Positions 24,564 through 35,014 of a stretch of 64,000 bases of DNA are shown piece by piece. Each line of letters starts with the position of its first letter. The stretch's first letter is position 1. The stretch comes from Marinifilum sp. (lineage in GTDB: Bacteria > Bacteroidota > Bacteroidia > Bacteroidales > CG2-30-32-10): NCBI GenBank assembly GCA_020718065.1, contig DYDE01000005.1:1-64000 (forward strand), given 5' to 3'. A program made the position numbers and the translations under genes. Under the pieces are notes generated by a model. The model was not told the origin of the DNA. It saw only the letters and a program-made list of their open reading frames with translations, and searched no databases.

Positions 24564-25253
24564 ATGAAAAAGTTAATTTTTACACTTTTGTTAGGACTTA
24601 GTTTAATAAATGCAAAAGCATATTATTATAGCAATTCCAATCTAAATCTTAAGTTATTTGATAACACTATGTTTACTGTACAGTTTGACGACTGCATTTA
24701 TGAAGAATTTTTATCAGAATTTAATATTAATGATATTGAATCTGGTAATCATTATCTCAAAGTAATTAAAAGTGGACCATTGTTATATGGGGGTTATTCT
24801 CAACAGTTGGTTGTTTTTGATGGTTACATTTATATAAAACCAGGAAAGCAGTTATTTGCAATAATTGATAAATACAATCGTTTTAAGGTAATTAAACAAT
24901 ATCCTCTAAATAACAATTATGGTAATAATAATAATAATAATAATTACCCTCCTAGCAATTATAACTATGCCATGAGTGATTATGATTTTGTTCAACTGAA
25001 ACAGGTAATATCAAATGCAAGCTTTGAGAGCTCTAAAATAAAAATTGCAGAACAGGCCATTGCAGGGAATTATTTCTATGCTGAACAGGTAGCTGATCTG
25101 ATGAGTCTGTTCACTTTTGAATCAAGTAAAATAGAAATTGCTAAGCTTGCGTATCAACATACTCTCAACAAAGGCAAATATTATATTGTAAACAATGCTT
25201 TTACTTTTGAGAGCAGTATTGATGAATTGAATGTTTATATTCTGGCTCATTAA
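24564..25253 (+). CDS. DUF4476-like secreted protein with a poly-Asn linker
   Basis: The ATG at 24564 gives signal peptide MKKLIFTLLLGLSLINAKA. Three SFESSKI(K/E)IA-type repeats, as in DUF4476. An (AAT)7 tract at 24924-24944 encodes poly-N. Confidence 0.6.
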   Translation: MKKLIFTLLLGLSLINAKAYYYSNSNLNLKLFDNTMFTVQFDDCIYEEFLSEFNINDIESGNHYLKVIKSGPLLYGGYSQQLVVFDGYIYIKPGKQLFAIIDKYNRFKVIKQYPLNNNYGNNNNNNNYPPSNYNYAMSDYDFVQLKQVISNASFESSKIKIAEQAIAGNYFYAEQVADLMSLFTFESSKIEIAKLAYQHTLNKGKYYIVNNAFTFESSIDELNVYILAH

Positions 25254-25271
25254 TACTTTATTTAAAAAAGG

Positions 25272-25294
25272 AAAACCGGACGATGTCCGGTTTT
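25272..25294. terminator. Bidirectional rho-independent terminator
   Basis: aaaaccggac-gat-gtccggtttt lies between convergent genes, with A-run and T-run flanks. Confidence 0.7.
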
Positions 25295-25299
25295 TTGTT

Positions 25300-26760
25300 T
25301 TAAGAGCTAATACTTTTCTTTTTGTCAATAAACTTCCATATATAATATATAGGTATTCCTATTACAATTATTCCTAAACCCCATCGTGTATATTCAGGTT
25401 GATATATGAGTAAATCAATTATTATAAATAATGCCAGAATAATATAAATAGCTGGCAATATAGGATATCCAAAAGCTTTATATGGTCTTTCAACATCTGG
25501 TCTTTTCTTTCTTAAAACAAATACTCCTAAAATAGTTAAAACATAAAATAAAAGAACAGCAATAACAACATAATTAAGTAAATCATTATATTTCCCAGAA
25601 AGACAAAGTACCGAAGCCCAAATACATTGCAAAAATAAACCAACTGCAGGAACACCTTTGCCATTTAATCTTCCAACAGCCTTAAAAAAAAGTTTATCAT
25701 TTGCCATGGTATGATATACTCTGGCTCCTGCAAGAATAAGTCCATTGTTACATCCAAAAGTAGATATAATAATAAATACAGCCATAATTAATGCAGCGCT
25801 GTTTCCAAAGATATTGCTCATCACAGCAGTCCCAAGACGATCATCAGCAGCAAATTGCATACCACGTTCCACAACAGTTGCCCCTTCGTATGTACCTCTG
25901 AGAGGAAGAACCTGCAAATAAACAATATTGAAAAGTATATAAATAATTGTTACAATTAAAGTTCCTAAGAAAAGACTCAGAGGGATGTTTCGTTTGGGGT
26001 TAATGACTTCTCCTGCAGTGAAAGTAATATTGTTCCATGCATCAGAAGAGAAGATACTACCAACCATAGCAGTACCCAAAGCTGCAATAAGAGCAAATCC
26101 AGTTAACATGTTTAGGGAAGTTCCATTTTTGCTCACCTGCATAGCATCCCAAAAAATGCTTTTGTTAAAGTTTAATGCATTGGAATTGGCTGCAAAAAAT
26201 AATCCTATTATAAGAAAAACGATTACAACTACAACTTTTGTTAAAGTAAAACTATTTTGAACGATTTTTCCTGCTTTAATTCCTCTTGAATTGAGCCATG
26301 TTAGAAAAACAATAGAAGAAATGGCGAGTATCTGGACAGTATTAAATTTAATAAAGCCCAGATCGAGCCAAACATTTTTCTCTGCAAACCAGGGAAACAA
26401 AACACCCATAAATTTAGCAAAAGCCATTGCAACTGCAGCTATAGTTCCTGTTTGAATAACAGTAAATAAAGTCCAGCCATAGAGAAAACCACTCATAGGG
26501 TTATAAGCTTCGCGGAGATAAACATATTGACCACCTGCTTTTGGCATCATCGCAGCAAGTTCGCCATAGCTTAATGCAGCAATAATGGTAAGAAATCCAG
26601 TAATGATCCAGGCAGCTAATAACCAACCAGGCGAACCGAGATTACGTGACATTTCTGCACTCACAATGAATATACCAGATCCTATCATTGAACCAATGAC
26701 AATGGATGTAGAATCTAAAAGCTTGAGGCTTTTGCGAAACTCTTGTGGGTTTTCTGTCAT
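25300..26760 (-). CDS. APC-family amino acid permease
   Basis: 486 aa, 12 TM. N-terminal IGSGIF motif typical of the APC superfamily. Confidence 0.85.
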   Translation of the reverse strand: MTENPQEFRKSLKLLDSTSIVIGSMIGSGIFIVSAEMSRNLGSPGWLLAAWIITGFLTIIAALSYGELAAMMPKAGGQYVYLREAYNPMSGFLYGWTLFTVIQTGTIAAVAMAFAKFMGVLFPWFAEKNVWLDLGFIKFNTVQILAISSIVFLTWLNSRGIKAGKIVQNSFTLTKVVVVIVFLIIGLFFAANSNALNFNKSIFWDAMQVSKNGTSLNMLTGFALIAALGTAMVGSIFSSDAWNNITFTAGEVINPKRNIPLSLFLGTLIVTIIYILFNIVYLQVLPLRGTYEGATVVERGMQFAADDRLGTAVMSNIFGNSAALIMAVFIIISTFGCNNGLILAGARVYHTMANDKLFFKAVGRLNGKGVPAVGLFLQCIWASVLCLSGKYNDLLNYVVIAVLLFYVLTILGVFVLRKKRPDVERPYKAFGYPILPAIYIILALFIIIDLLIYQPEYTRWGLGIIVIGIPIYYIWKFIDKKKSISS

Positions 26761-26781
26761 ATTAAATTGTTGATTAAATGA

Positions 26782-28251
26782 TTATTTATCTTTTAATTTA
26801 CTTTTACGGATACTATAAGTAAAATAAATTACCATTCCTATTGCCATCCATATAATAAGCCTTGACCAATTAGCCCATCCAAGGCCAAATATCATTGCAC
26901 CACAAACTAAAATTCCTAAAATTGGGACAACAGGAACCCAAGGAGTTTTAAACTGCCTTGGTATTTCAGGATTTGTTTTTCTCATTATCATAACACCAAT
27001 ACATACTAGAACAAATGCAAACAAGGTACCTATGCTAGTCATATCTCCAACAATATCCTGTGGAACAAAAGAAGCAAATATTCCAACAAAAACAAAAAAG
27101 AGCATATTAGATTTGTATGGAGTTCTGAATTTTGGATGTATATCAGAGAAGAGTTTTGGAACTAGCCCATCTCTACTCATTGAATAGAAAACACGCGATT
27201 GCCCATAAAGCATAACAAGAATCACAGATGAAAAACCAGCAAGAATAGCAACTGTTACAAGTTTACCAAGCCAACCATAACCAACCATGTATGTTTGAAT
27301 AGCATATGTAACGGATGCCTCTTTTCCTGCATGTCTAAAGTCATCAAGACTAGCAACACCAGTCAAAACATAGGCAAACAGAATATATAAAACAGTGCAT
27401 ATAGCGAGTGACCCTAGTATTCCGATGGGTAATGCTCTTTTTGGATTTTTAGTCTCTTGAGCTGCAGTAGATACTGCATCAAAACCGATAAATGCAAAGA
27501 AAACGACACCAGCAGCACCTAAAATCCCGAGTATTCCACCAAAGTTGTGCGAAACACCTTGACTATCCACATAAATACTGGATTCTGGAATAAAAGGAGT
27601 ATGATTTACAGGATTAATAAAAGACCATCCAAATATTATAAATAGAATTACAATAGCCACCTTGGTGAGAACAATAATACCATTCACTAATGAAGATTCT
27701 TTAGCTCCTTTTATTAAAAGAAGAGATAATAAAAAGACAATAAATAAAGCTGGAATATTCATAACGCCATGTGTTCCTAATGTGCTAACTTCAAAAGGAG
27801 AGTGACAAAACTCATAAGGTATATGCCAGTCGAAATAGCTTAAAAGTTTATTTAGATATTCGCTCCATGCAATACTAACAGTTGCTGCACCTAAAGCATA
27901 CTCCAACACCAAATCCCAACCGATAATCCAAGCCATCATTTCTCCCATTGTTGCATAAGAATAGGTATATGCACTTCCAGAAATAGGGATCATAGAAGCA
28001 AATTCTGCATAACATAAACCTGCAAGTGCACAACCTATTCCGGCAATAATAAATCCGATTGTTACTGCTGATCCAGCATTATTTGCAGCAGCGGCAGCTG
28101 TTCTGACAAACAACCCAGCACCAATAATAGCTCCAATACCTAAAGCAATTAGACTAATAGCCGTTAATGATCTTTTCAGCCCCTTGCCGTCATCAGCAGT
28201 TTCGGCAATTAATAAATGAATTGACTTTTTTCTAAATAAACGATTTCCCAT
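26782..28251 (-). CDS. APC-family amino acid permease (cationic amino acid transporter-like)
   Basis: 489 aa, multi-TM. GIGAIIGAGLFV and FIGFDAVSTAAQETKNPKR motifs. Confidence 0.85.
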   Translation of the reverse strand: MGNRLFRKKSIHLLIAETADDGKGLKRSLTAISLIALGIGAIIGAGLFVRTAAAAANNAGSAVTIGFIIAGIGCALAGLCYAEFASMIPISGSAYTYSYATMGEMMAWIIGWDLVLEYALGAATVSIAWSEYLNKLLSYFDWHIPYEFCHSPFEVSTLGTHGVMNIPALFIVFLLSLLLIKGAKESSLVNGIIVLTKVAIVILFIIFGWSFINPVNHTPFIPESSIYVDSQGVSHNFGGILGILGAAGVVFFAFIGFDAVSTAAQETKNPKRALPIGILGSLAICTVLYILFAYVLTGVASLDDFRHAGKEASVTYAIQTYMVGYGWLGKLVTVAILAGFSSVILVMLYGQSRVFYSMSRDGLVPKLFSDIHPKFRTPYKSNMLFFVFVGIFASFVPQDIVGDMTSIGTLFAFVLVCIGVMIMRKTNPEIPRQFKTPWVPVVPILGILVCGAMIFGLGWANWSRLIIWMAIGMVIYFTYSIRKSKLKDK

Positions 28252-28665
28252 ATTCTTTAGTTATTAATGGATATTTTATTAAAATACACAACAATAATAA
28301 TAAAAAAATTAATATTTCAACAATTTATTTATTAAGGATATAAAATTTAAAATCCTGAATATTTATGCTATCATATATACCGTGATAAATTGTTTTTACA
28401 GCTAAATTGTTAATAACCAGCGTAACATTTTTTAATAATTTGAAAAAACATAGGTTAATAATTAATCATAATTAAATAAAGAACAATGCTTTAATACATT
28501 TTTTTCTAAATATCTTAAACAGTAAGTGATTTTGAACTTTCAAGGATTTAAAAACATTAATATGATATAATTATTGTTAAGATTTTTTATAAAACTTCGT
28601 CTTTTGATAAAAAAAAATTAATTTTATAGAACTTAAAGATAAATAATTAACCAAACCTATCTGTT

Positions 28666-29484
28666 ATGAGCCACGAACATAAAGACAAACACGCATCAAA
28701 TGATAAAGAAAAGCTTGATAAAAAGGTATATGAACATGAGCTTGAAAAGCTTCAACAAGAATTAGTGAAATTACTCGAATGGATTAAGTTTAAAAAGCTT
28801 AAAGTTGTGGTAATATTTGAAGGTCGAGATGCCGCTGGAAAAGGTAGCGTTATAAAAAGAATAACTGAGTATCTGAATCCTCGTTTTTGTAGGGTTGTTG
28901 CTTTGGGTGTGCCAACTGAAAAGGAAAAGACGCAATGGTATTTCCAGAGATATGTTGCCAATTTACCAGCTGGTGGTGAAATGGTTCTGCTCGACAGGAG
29001 TTGGTATAATAGGGCTGGTGTAGAACACGTAATGGGTTTTTGCACACCGGAAGAATATGAAGAATTTTTGCGTTCGTGCCCCGAGTTTGAGCGTATGCTT
29101 ATACGGTCTGGAATAATTCTGATAAAATACTGGTTTTCGGTGAGTGATGAAGAGCAGGAAAAACGTTTTCAGGAGCGTTTGACAAATCCGGCGAAGAGAT
29201 GGAAGATAAGTGCAATGGATGTGGAAAGCCGTTCGCATTGGGTGGAGTATTCTAAGGCAAAGGATGCTATGTTTCAGCATACGGATATAAAACAAGCCCC
29301 CTGGTATGTGGTGAATGCTGATGATAAGATGCGTGCCCGCCTAAATTGTATGCATCATTTGTTAAGTCTTATTCCTTATAAGGAAGTGATACCGGAAAAA
29401 ATCACTCTTCCACCTAAGCAATGCGATATGAGTTATATAAGACCGCCTGTAAGTGATCAGACATTTGTGCCGGAAGTTTTTTGA
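28666..29484 (+). CDS. ppk2: Polyphosphate kinase 2
   Basis: FEGRDAAGKGS Walker A, DRSWYNRAGVE, FWFSVSDEEQEKRF: single-domain PPK2 signature. Confidence 0.9.
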   Translation: MSHEHKDKHASNDKEKLDKKVYEHELEKLQQELVKLLEWIKFKKLKVVVIFEGRDAAGKGSVIKRITEYLNPRFCRVVALGVPTEKEKTQWYFQRYVANLPAGGEMVLLDRSWYNRAGVEHVMGFCTPEEYEEFLRSCPEFERMLIRSGIILIKYWFSVSDEEQEKRFQERLTNPAKRWKISAMDVESRSHWVEYSKAKDAMFQHTDIKQAPWYVVNADDKMRARLNCMHHLLSLIPYKEVIPEKITLPPKQCDMSYIRPPVSDQTFVPEVF

Positions 29485-29585
29485 TTGAAAAGAAATACAC
29501 AGTAATAAAAAATTAGGAATTAGAATTGAAAATCTATTGATTTTCGACAATAACAAGCTGATAAATAAATAACTATGTAATTTTC

Positions 29586-30030
29586 GGGGATGCGTCAGAC
29601 TGCTTCGGGGACGCGTCAGAATGTGTCGGGGATGACTCAGAATGTGTCGGGGATGGATCAGAATGTTTCGGGGACGGGTCAGAATGTATCGGGGATGGGT
29701 CAGAATGTTTCGGGGATGATTCAGAATGTGTCGGGGATGGGTCAGATTGTGTCGGGGATGCTTCAGAATGTGTCGGGGATGGATCAGAATGTTTCGGGGA
29801 CGGGTCAGAATGTATCGGGGATGGGTCAGAATGTTTCGGGGATGATTCAGAATGTGTCGGGGATGGGTCAGATTGTGTCGGGAATGCTTCAGATTGTGTC
29901 GGGGATGCTTCAGATTGTGTCGGGGATGGGTCAGGTTGTTTCGGGGATGGGTCAGATTGAGACAGATACGACTCAGGTTGACAAGGGGACGGGTCGGAAT
30001 GTATTGGAAGCGAGTTAGATTGTTATGGGA
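29586..30030 (+). repeat. 21-bp tandem array, ~21 units (consensus ggggatgggtcagaatgtgtc), with a 126-bp higher-order duplication
   Basis: Units counted by hand from 29586. Units 4-9 (29649-29774) are repeated as units 10-15 (29775-29900) with 2 differences. The plus frame reads as the heptad (S-G-M-x-Q-N-V)n. Confidence 0.9.
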
Positions 30031-30090
30031 ATAGGTTTATATATGACAAGATAATACTTAGTACTGATACTGAGCGAATAGAGGAACTTT

Positions 30091-30425
30091 GGAATGGAAT
30101 ACTGATGACGCTGATTTATTAAGATTTTTATGATTTTGCCACCAAAGCACAATAACACCAAATTTCTCCAAATTCGATCTGAGACTCGTGCGGTTGCAGG
30201 GGAAAACTGTGGAATGGAACGCTGATGACGCTGATTTATTAAGATTTTAATGATTTTGCCACCAAAGCACAAAAACACCAAATTTCTCCAAATTCGATCT
30301 AAGACTCGTGCGGTTGCAAGGGAAAACTGTGGAATGGAACGCTGATGACGCTGATTTATTAAGATTTTAATGATTTTGCCACCAAAGCACAAAAACACCA
30401 AATTTCTCTAAAATTCGATCTGAGA
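30091..30425 (+). repeat. 120-bp tandem repeat, ~2.8 copies
   Basis: Unit: ggaatggaacgctgatgacgctgatttattaagattttaatgattttgccaccaaagcacaaaaacaccaaatttctccaaattcgatct.agactcgtgcggttgca.gggaaaactgt. Copies start at 30091, 30211 and 30331. Confidence 0.9.
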
Positions 30426-30639
30426 AAATTTTATTTTATACTCTAAGACATAGCATATTACCATATTACTACGGTGGAAGAACTGTAGTCAAACTTGCTT
30501 TTTTCTTTTTTAATTAGACTTTGGTGAAAGGAGGTGCTTTTAAAATCAGGCAAAGTCTGATATGATATATTCGACTTAGGCAAAGCTCAATCCGAAAGGG
30601 GCTCCATAGCTTTGTCAAATTTATAAATCATTTTGTTAC

Positions 30640-31640
30640 TTACCACACGAGAGGACTCGTGCGGTAGCAGAGAGAGGACTCGTGCGGTAGCAGTGAATAA
30701 TTTTCTTTAACTTTTTGGCATTGCCCCAAAAAGTTACAAAAAAGTCTAGACAAAACAATCTCTCTCGCTCTCTGCCATATTGCAAAAATTCTAAACAAAG
30801 CATGATAAACTTCTTTGTAAGAATTTTATGCAATATGGCATTCACGCTGGCAAGGCTTCGTGTTTTGTCTTGGCCTTCGCTGCAAGGTGATGTGATTATG
30901 AGGCAGGGATAACAGGCATTGGGTGCTGTCGAAAACTGTAATCATCAATAACAATGCGTACAAACTGGCGACAGATGGGTAGTCTTTTCATAATATCGCC
31001 ACCTACGGGGCTTATTTTTGATTTTTTTTGTTTTATCTACCATAATGTCACCTCTACGAGGTTAATAAACTAGCATTAATTATTAGTTGCAACTCCGCTT
31101 GGTGATGTGTTTATGAGGCAGGGATAATAGGCATTGGTTGTTATCATAGACTTCAACTATCACGGATACATACCACACGAGAGGACTCGTTCGGTAGCAG
31201 GGATATATTCGACTTAGGCATAACCTAAGCCGAACAGGGGCGGAACGGGGAATAATTTTTTTATTAACTTTTTGGCATTGCCCCAAAAAGTTACAAAAAG
31301 GTCTAGACAAAACAATTCCCTGCCCGCTCTCAGAAAAGCCAAGCACATTTACGAAAAGTAGTGCTTAATAAAATATGTATTTTTTGGGTATTTAATTGTT
31401 TTTTTTATTAAGCAAAGGCAAGCCCCTTTTCGAATGTGCTAAGCTTTTCTGATTCACGCATGGGCTGCTCCGTGTTTTATTCGCAGATTTTTTGTTTTAT
31501 AATGAGCTCATGAATGCTTTGCATTTGTCATGGCCTGCGCTGCAAGGTGATGTGTTTATGAGGCAGGGGTAATAAGCATTGATTGTTATTGAAGGCTTCA
31601 ATCATCATTGATACAGATACCACACGAGAGGTTACTCGTT
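30640..31640. repeat. Island of short interspersed repeat modules (at least three families)
   Basis: ccacacgagagg.actcgt.cggtagc at ~30643, 31173 and 31620. ttttggcattgccccaaaaagttacaaaaa.gtctagacaaaaca at ~30712 and 31268 (related copy ~59231). tgcaaggtgatgtg.ttatgaggcaggg at ~30881, 31100 and 31541. No credible CDS. Confidence 0.8.
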
Positions 31641-31841
31641 CGTTAGCGAGGATAATAGGCGCTACTTAGCTGGGAGACAAAGAGTAAAATAATCAGTGGA
31701 TTAGAAAAGCAGTTAGTGCTTTTGAAATAGAAGATACGAGGTATAGCCTCGACTCAACACTTGTAACAAAAGAAAGTTCCGGCTTATACATATGCCAGAA
31801 CTTTCATATTAAGCGGAAATCAAATACGTATTTGAAATCTT

Positions 31842-33692
31842 TTACATAATCACAATTTTTTCAATAACAGTTTCTGTATTTGATTTAATTTTCACAAAGT
31901 AAATTCCTTTGGGTTCCTTGCTTAAATCAATAGAAGTTTTGTTATTATTTATCTTTTTGATAGAATAAATGTTTTGTCCATTAATATTATAAACTTCAAT
32001 CCATTGCAAATCATTCGCTTCTATGGTAAAATTGCCCTCAGTCGGATTAGGATAAACCATATATGACTTATTTACACTATTGCTTTCAATACCTGATGGA
32101 GTCATGTTTTTATTACAAGTTTTAATGAATTCATATGCTCCCATATCGTAATAACATCCTTTTGGTCTTGTTGTGTCAGCATAATCATTTGTAACACATG
32201 CCAGACTTGTCCCCCTGTCTATACAAGGACTTGTCGTTTGCAAATTAAAGTTTCCACCAGCAGCATTTACGAAAAGTGGATTTGATGCCATATTACCTCC
32301 ACCTTCGGGTATTGGAAATCCATTGTTATAAAAATCACAAAAACTATAAGCAAAATTTAATGATTCTAAGCCAAATTTCAAATTTGTTACATCTGAAATA
32401 ATACAATTGATCATTTCATTATTGGCATTTTCTTTTCCAGTATGAAATAAATAATTGGCTTTATAGAAGGTACAATTTACAAATATATTGCTGTCTACAG
32501 GAGAAATTATAGGGTTATAAGGAGGATTTGTATAAAAAGATAAATAAAAATCTATTGCAGTGTCAGAATTTATAAAAATGCAATTTATAAATTTATTATG
32601 TCTTCCGGCATATTGAGCTTCTCCATCTTCCATTCCATCTAGAAATCTTATTGCTGCGCTACAGTCAGTTGATGTGCAATTTTTAAAGAGATTATTACTT
32701 GCACCATTGCTAATTCTAAATCCAACTCCGTCCCCTCCTGAACTTACTTTTCCATCGGATATGCAATTTATAAATGTGTTATTTTTTGCCCCTCTGTGAT
32801 TTACATAAAATCCACCTCCTCTAATATTAACTGCCTTACAATTAATTATTGTATTGCCTTGATAATAGCCTTTAACGCCAATTCCATGACCAGGATGAAG
32901 CAAATTACCAATACGTTCAATATAACATCCGGAAATAGTATTATTATCCCCAGCTACTACTATATAATAATCTGTAGAAGCTCCCTGGGTAGTGCCATTT
33001 TCATTACAATATACTCTAGAGTTATTGACATTGTTATGATTACCATAAATTGATAATGCTTCTGCACAGGAATTTATCACTATACAATTTTTTATGGTAT
33101 TATAATTTGCAAATGATCCTATAAGAATACCTTTACCTGAATATGAAGATGCAGGGTCTCCGGTATTCAAAGTTAGAATGTTATTTAAAGTAAGATGATT
33201 AGCTCCCCATGCATACAAGCCTGCTCTATAATTGGTAATTTGAAAGTTTTTTACAATAACGTATTCACTTGAATGCAGTTTAATACCTGTTTTGCTTGTT
33301 CTGTTACCTCCATTTAAAAGCGGTAGAAGATTTGCATCTAAAGATGGAATAATATCATTATCCAATGATGATTTATATGATACATACAGATTTGGAGCAT
33401 CCCCGGGAGTTAGCTTATATCCGATAAAACTAATAGGAGTGCCTGCAGGACATGCTTTCGAAAGAACAATGGAATCATTTCCATAATTACCGGCTTTAAC
33501 ATATACAATATCTCCAGCATTAACATGATTTGCTGCATAAGCTAATGTTTTCCATGGGGTAGAAAGTGAGGTTCCATTGTTACTATTGCTACCCGTTGTT
33601 GCTACATAATAGGTAGTTGACCACGCATTACCTATTATCACTAAATTCATGCTCAATAGAAGCAAAAATTGTTTTAATATTTTATTTTTCAT
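31842..33692 (-). CDS. Right-handed parallel beta-helix (pectate-lyase-fold) protein with T9SS C-terminal sorting domain
   Basis: Signal peptide. Repetitive N.I..N/C..(I/V) beta-helix rungs (NCIVINS, NCKAVNI, NCISDG, NCTSTD, NCIFINS, NCTFY, NCIISD). C-terminus VYPNPTEGNFTIE...GIYFVKIKS. Confidence 0.7.
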   Translation of the reverse strand: MKNKILKQFLLLLSMNLVIIGNAWSTTYYVATTGSNSNNGTSLSTPWKTLAYAANHVNAGDIVYVKAGNYGNDSIVLSKACPAGTPISFIGYKLTPGDAPNLYVSYKSSLDNDIIPSLDANLLPLLNGGNRTSKTGIKLHSSEYVIVKNFQITNYRAGLYAWGANHLTLNNILTLNTGDPASSYSGKGILIGSFANYNTIKNCIVINSCAEALSIYGNHNNVNNSRVYCNENGTTQGASTDYYIVVAGDNNTISGCYIERIGNLLHPGHGIGVKGYYQGNTIINCKAVNIRGGGFYVNHRGAKNNTFINCISDGKVSSGGDGVGFRISNGASNNLFKNCTSTDCSAAIRFLDGMEDGEAQYAGRHNKFINCIFINSDTAIDFYLSFYTNPPYNPIISPVDSNIFVNCTFYKANYLFHTGKENANNEMINCIISDVTNLKFGLESLNFAYSFCDFYNNGFPIPEGGGNMASNPLFVNAAGGNFNLQTTSPCIDRGTSLACVTNDYADTTRPKGCYYDMGAYEFIKTCNKNMTPSGIESNSVNKSYMVYPNPTEGNFTIEANDLQWIEVYNINGQNIYSIKKINNNKTSIDLSKEPKGIYFVKIKSNTETVIEKIVIM

Positions 33693-33797
33693 TTTTTCTA
33701 ATTTTAAAGTTTTTAATTTATTTATTCGATTTATTCAATAAAAATGGATGATAGGCTCAACTGATTTTAATTTAAAAATCAGCCATATCCTTTCTTT

Positions 33798-34961
33798 TTA
33801 TTGACAAGGTAATGGAGTAGTATTTACTTTAATTACCTTATTGGTAGAAGCAGTCCCAAACCAATTAACAGTTTCCTGCACCATTTTCCATTGAAAATTA
33901 TAAGTGCCACTTGTAGTAGGAGCTTTTACAGTGAAATAGAAAGTAACAGATTCACCTGGTTCAACAGGACTTTTTGGCAAATTAACTCGATGAATACCCC
34001 AAATTAAATTATTTTCTGGATTTTGTGATCCAAGTTTAAATGGAGTACTTCCTCCGGATATCCAGGTGGAGGTGCCAGTGTTTTTAAAAGTCATAAAAAC
34101 TGTAAAATCCTGACCTGGATCCACCTTTGATGGTGCACTCATTCTTACAAAAGAAGCATTATTAACTAAAGTTGGTGCTGTAACTGTAATTACTTTATTT
34201 TCTGTGTGTTCCCCAAACCATTCAATTAATTCCTGTACCATTCTCCACTGAAAGTTGTAGATGCCAGGAGTTGAAGGTGCTATACATTCAAAATTAAAAG
34301 TCGCATTTTCCCCTGGATTTATGGGCGAAGATTGAAGTTCATCTCTTATTGTTGCCCATAGATTCCAAGGATCATTCAGGGTGCCGAGTCTGTGAGGATT
34401 ACTTCCACCGGTAACCCAAGGTTTTGTGCCGTTGTTCTTAAATATAACTTTTGCCTGAAATGTTTGTCCTGCCACAACAGAAGATGGGGCTGTCAACGAA
34501 ATAAATTGGGCATTGTTTTGCTGAGGAACAACTGTAATTACCTTGTTTGCAGATGACTCTCCAAACCATTCAATTAATTCCTGCACCATTCTCCATTTAA
34601 AATTATAGTTACCAGGAGTTGAAGGTGCCACACAGTTGAATGTAAATGTTACACTCTGCCCCTGAATAATGGGTGTCGATGAAAGATCCACCCTGATTGT
34701 TGCCCACAAATTCCAGGGATCATTTTCTGTACCAAGTCTGTAAGGATTTGCACCACTACTTGTCCATGCTGTTGTCCCCGTATTCATAAATGTAATTACT
34801 GTCTGAAAAGTTTCACCAACAACTACCTGGCTGGGTACTGCTATTGAAACAAAATGTGAATTGTTTTGTGCACCCACAAATGCAGTGCTTAAACCTAAAA
34901 AAACTGAGAGCAAAAGAAGTCGCTTCAGCAAAATTGAAAATCTTGTTTTTAATGTTTTCAT
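33798..34961 (-). CDS. Secreted protein with three tandem ~115-aa Ig-like repeats (NBR1/FW-like)
   Basis: Signal peptide. Three copies of F.N.G...W...G.NP.RLGT.NDPWNLWATIR...APSTPG.YNF.WRMVQE.IEWFGE. The family name is from memory of the NBR1 Ig-like domain pattern. Confidence 0.55.
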   Translation of the reverse strand: MKTLKTRFSILLKRLLLLSVFLGLSTAFVGAQNNSHFVSIAVPSQVVVGETFQTVITFMNTGTTAWTSSGANPYRLGTENDPWNLWATIRVDLSSTPIIQGQSVTFTFNCVAPSTPGNYNFKWRMVQELIEWFGESSANKVITVVPQQNNAQFISLTAPSSVVAGQTFQAKVIFKNNGTKPWVTGGSNPHRLGTLNDPWNLWATIRDELQSSPINPGENATFNFECIAPSTPGIYNFQWRMVQELIEWFGEHTENKVITVTAPTLVNNASFVRMSAPSKVDPGQDFTVFMTFKNTGTSTWISGGSTPFKLGSQNPENNLIWGIHRVNLPKSPVEPGESVTFYFTVKAPTTSGTYNFQWKMVQETVNWFGTASTNKVIKVNTTPLPCQ

Positions 34962-34981
34962 GTTTATTTTGATTTAATTAA

Positions 34982-35014
34982 TGCTTACTCTTTAATGGGT
35001 TTTCGGCATCCCCC
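34982..35014 (-). promoter_or_regulatory. Conserved 5'-leader motif (copy 1), 20 nt upstream of the ATG
   Basis: Sense strand GGGGATGCCGAAAACCCATTAAAGAGTAAGCA. About 25/28 aligned positions are identical to the element upstream of the peptide gene at 41328-41360. Confidence 0.5.

Noticed and set aside
28752-29556. Several minus-strand ORFs (28752-29045, 28850-29047, 28963-29295, 29362-29556).
   Set aside because: They are antisense to the well-supported ppk2 gene or lie in its 3' flank, with no motifs.
30015-30401. 128-aa ORF with an internally repeated sequence (LINQRHQRSIPQF…). Similar ORFs occur at 42836-43147 and 43023-43355.
   Set aside because: They are translations of the 120-bp tandem and interspersed repeats, with no start context or domain. 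The same peptide 'words' recur wherever the repeat occurs.
30091-30425. Possible CRISPR array.
   Set aside because: The copies are directly abutting 120-bp units with no unique spacers, the repeat is too long, and no cas genes are present.
29500-31840. Repeat-rich islands (also 43020-43900 and 60590-62010) considered as remnants of mobile elements or prophage.
   Set aside because: The window contains no transposase, integrase, phage structural gene or terminal inverted repeats bounding a coding cargo. They are treated as interspersed-repeat islands only.
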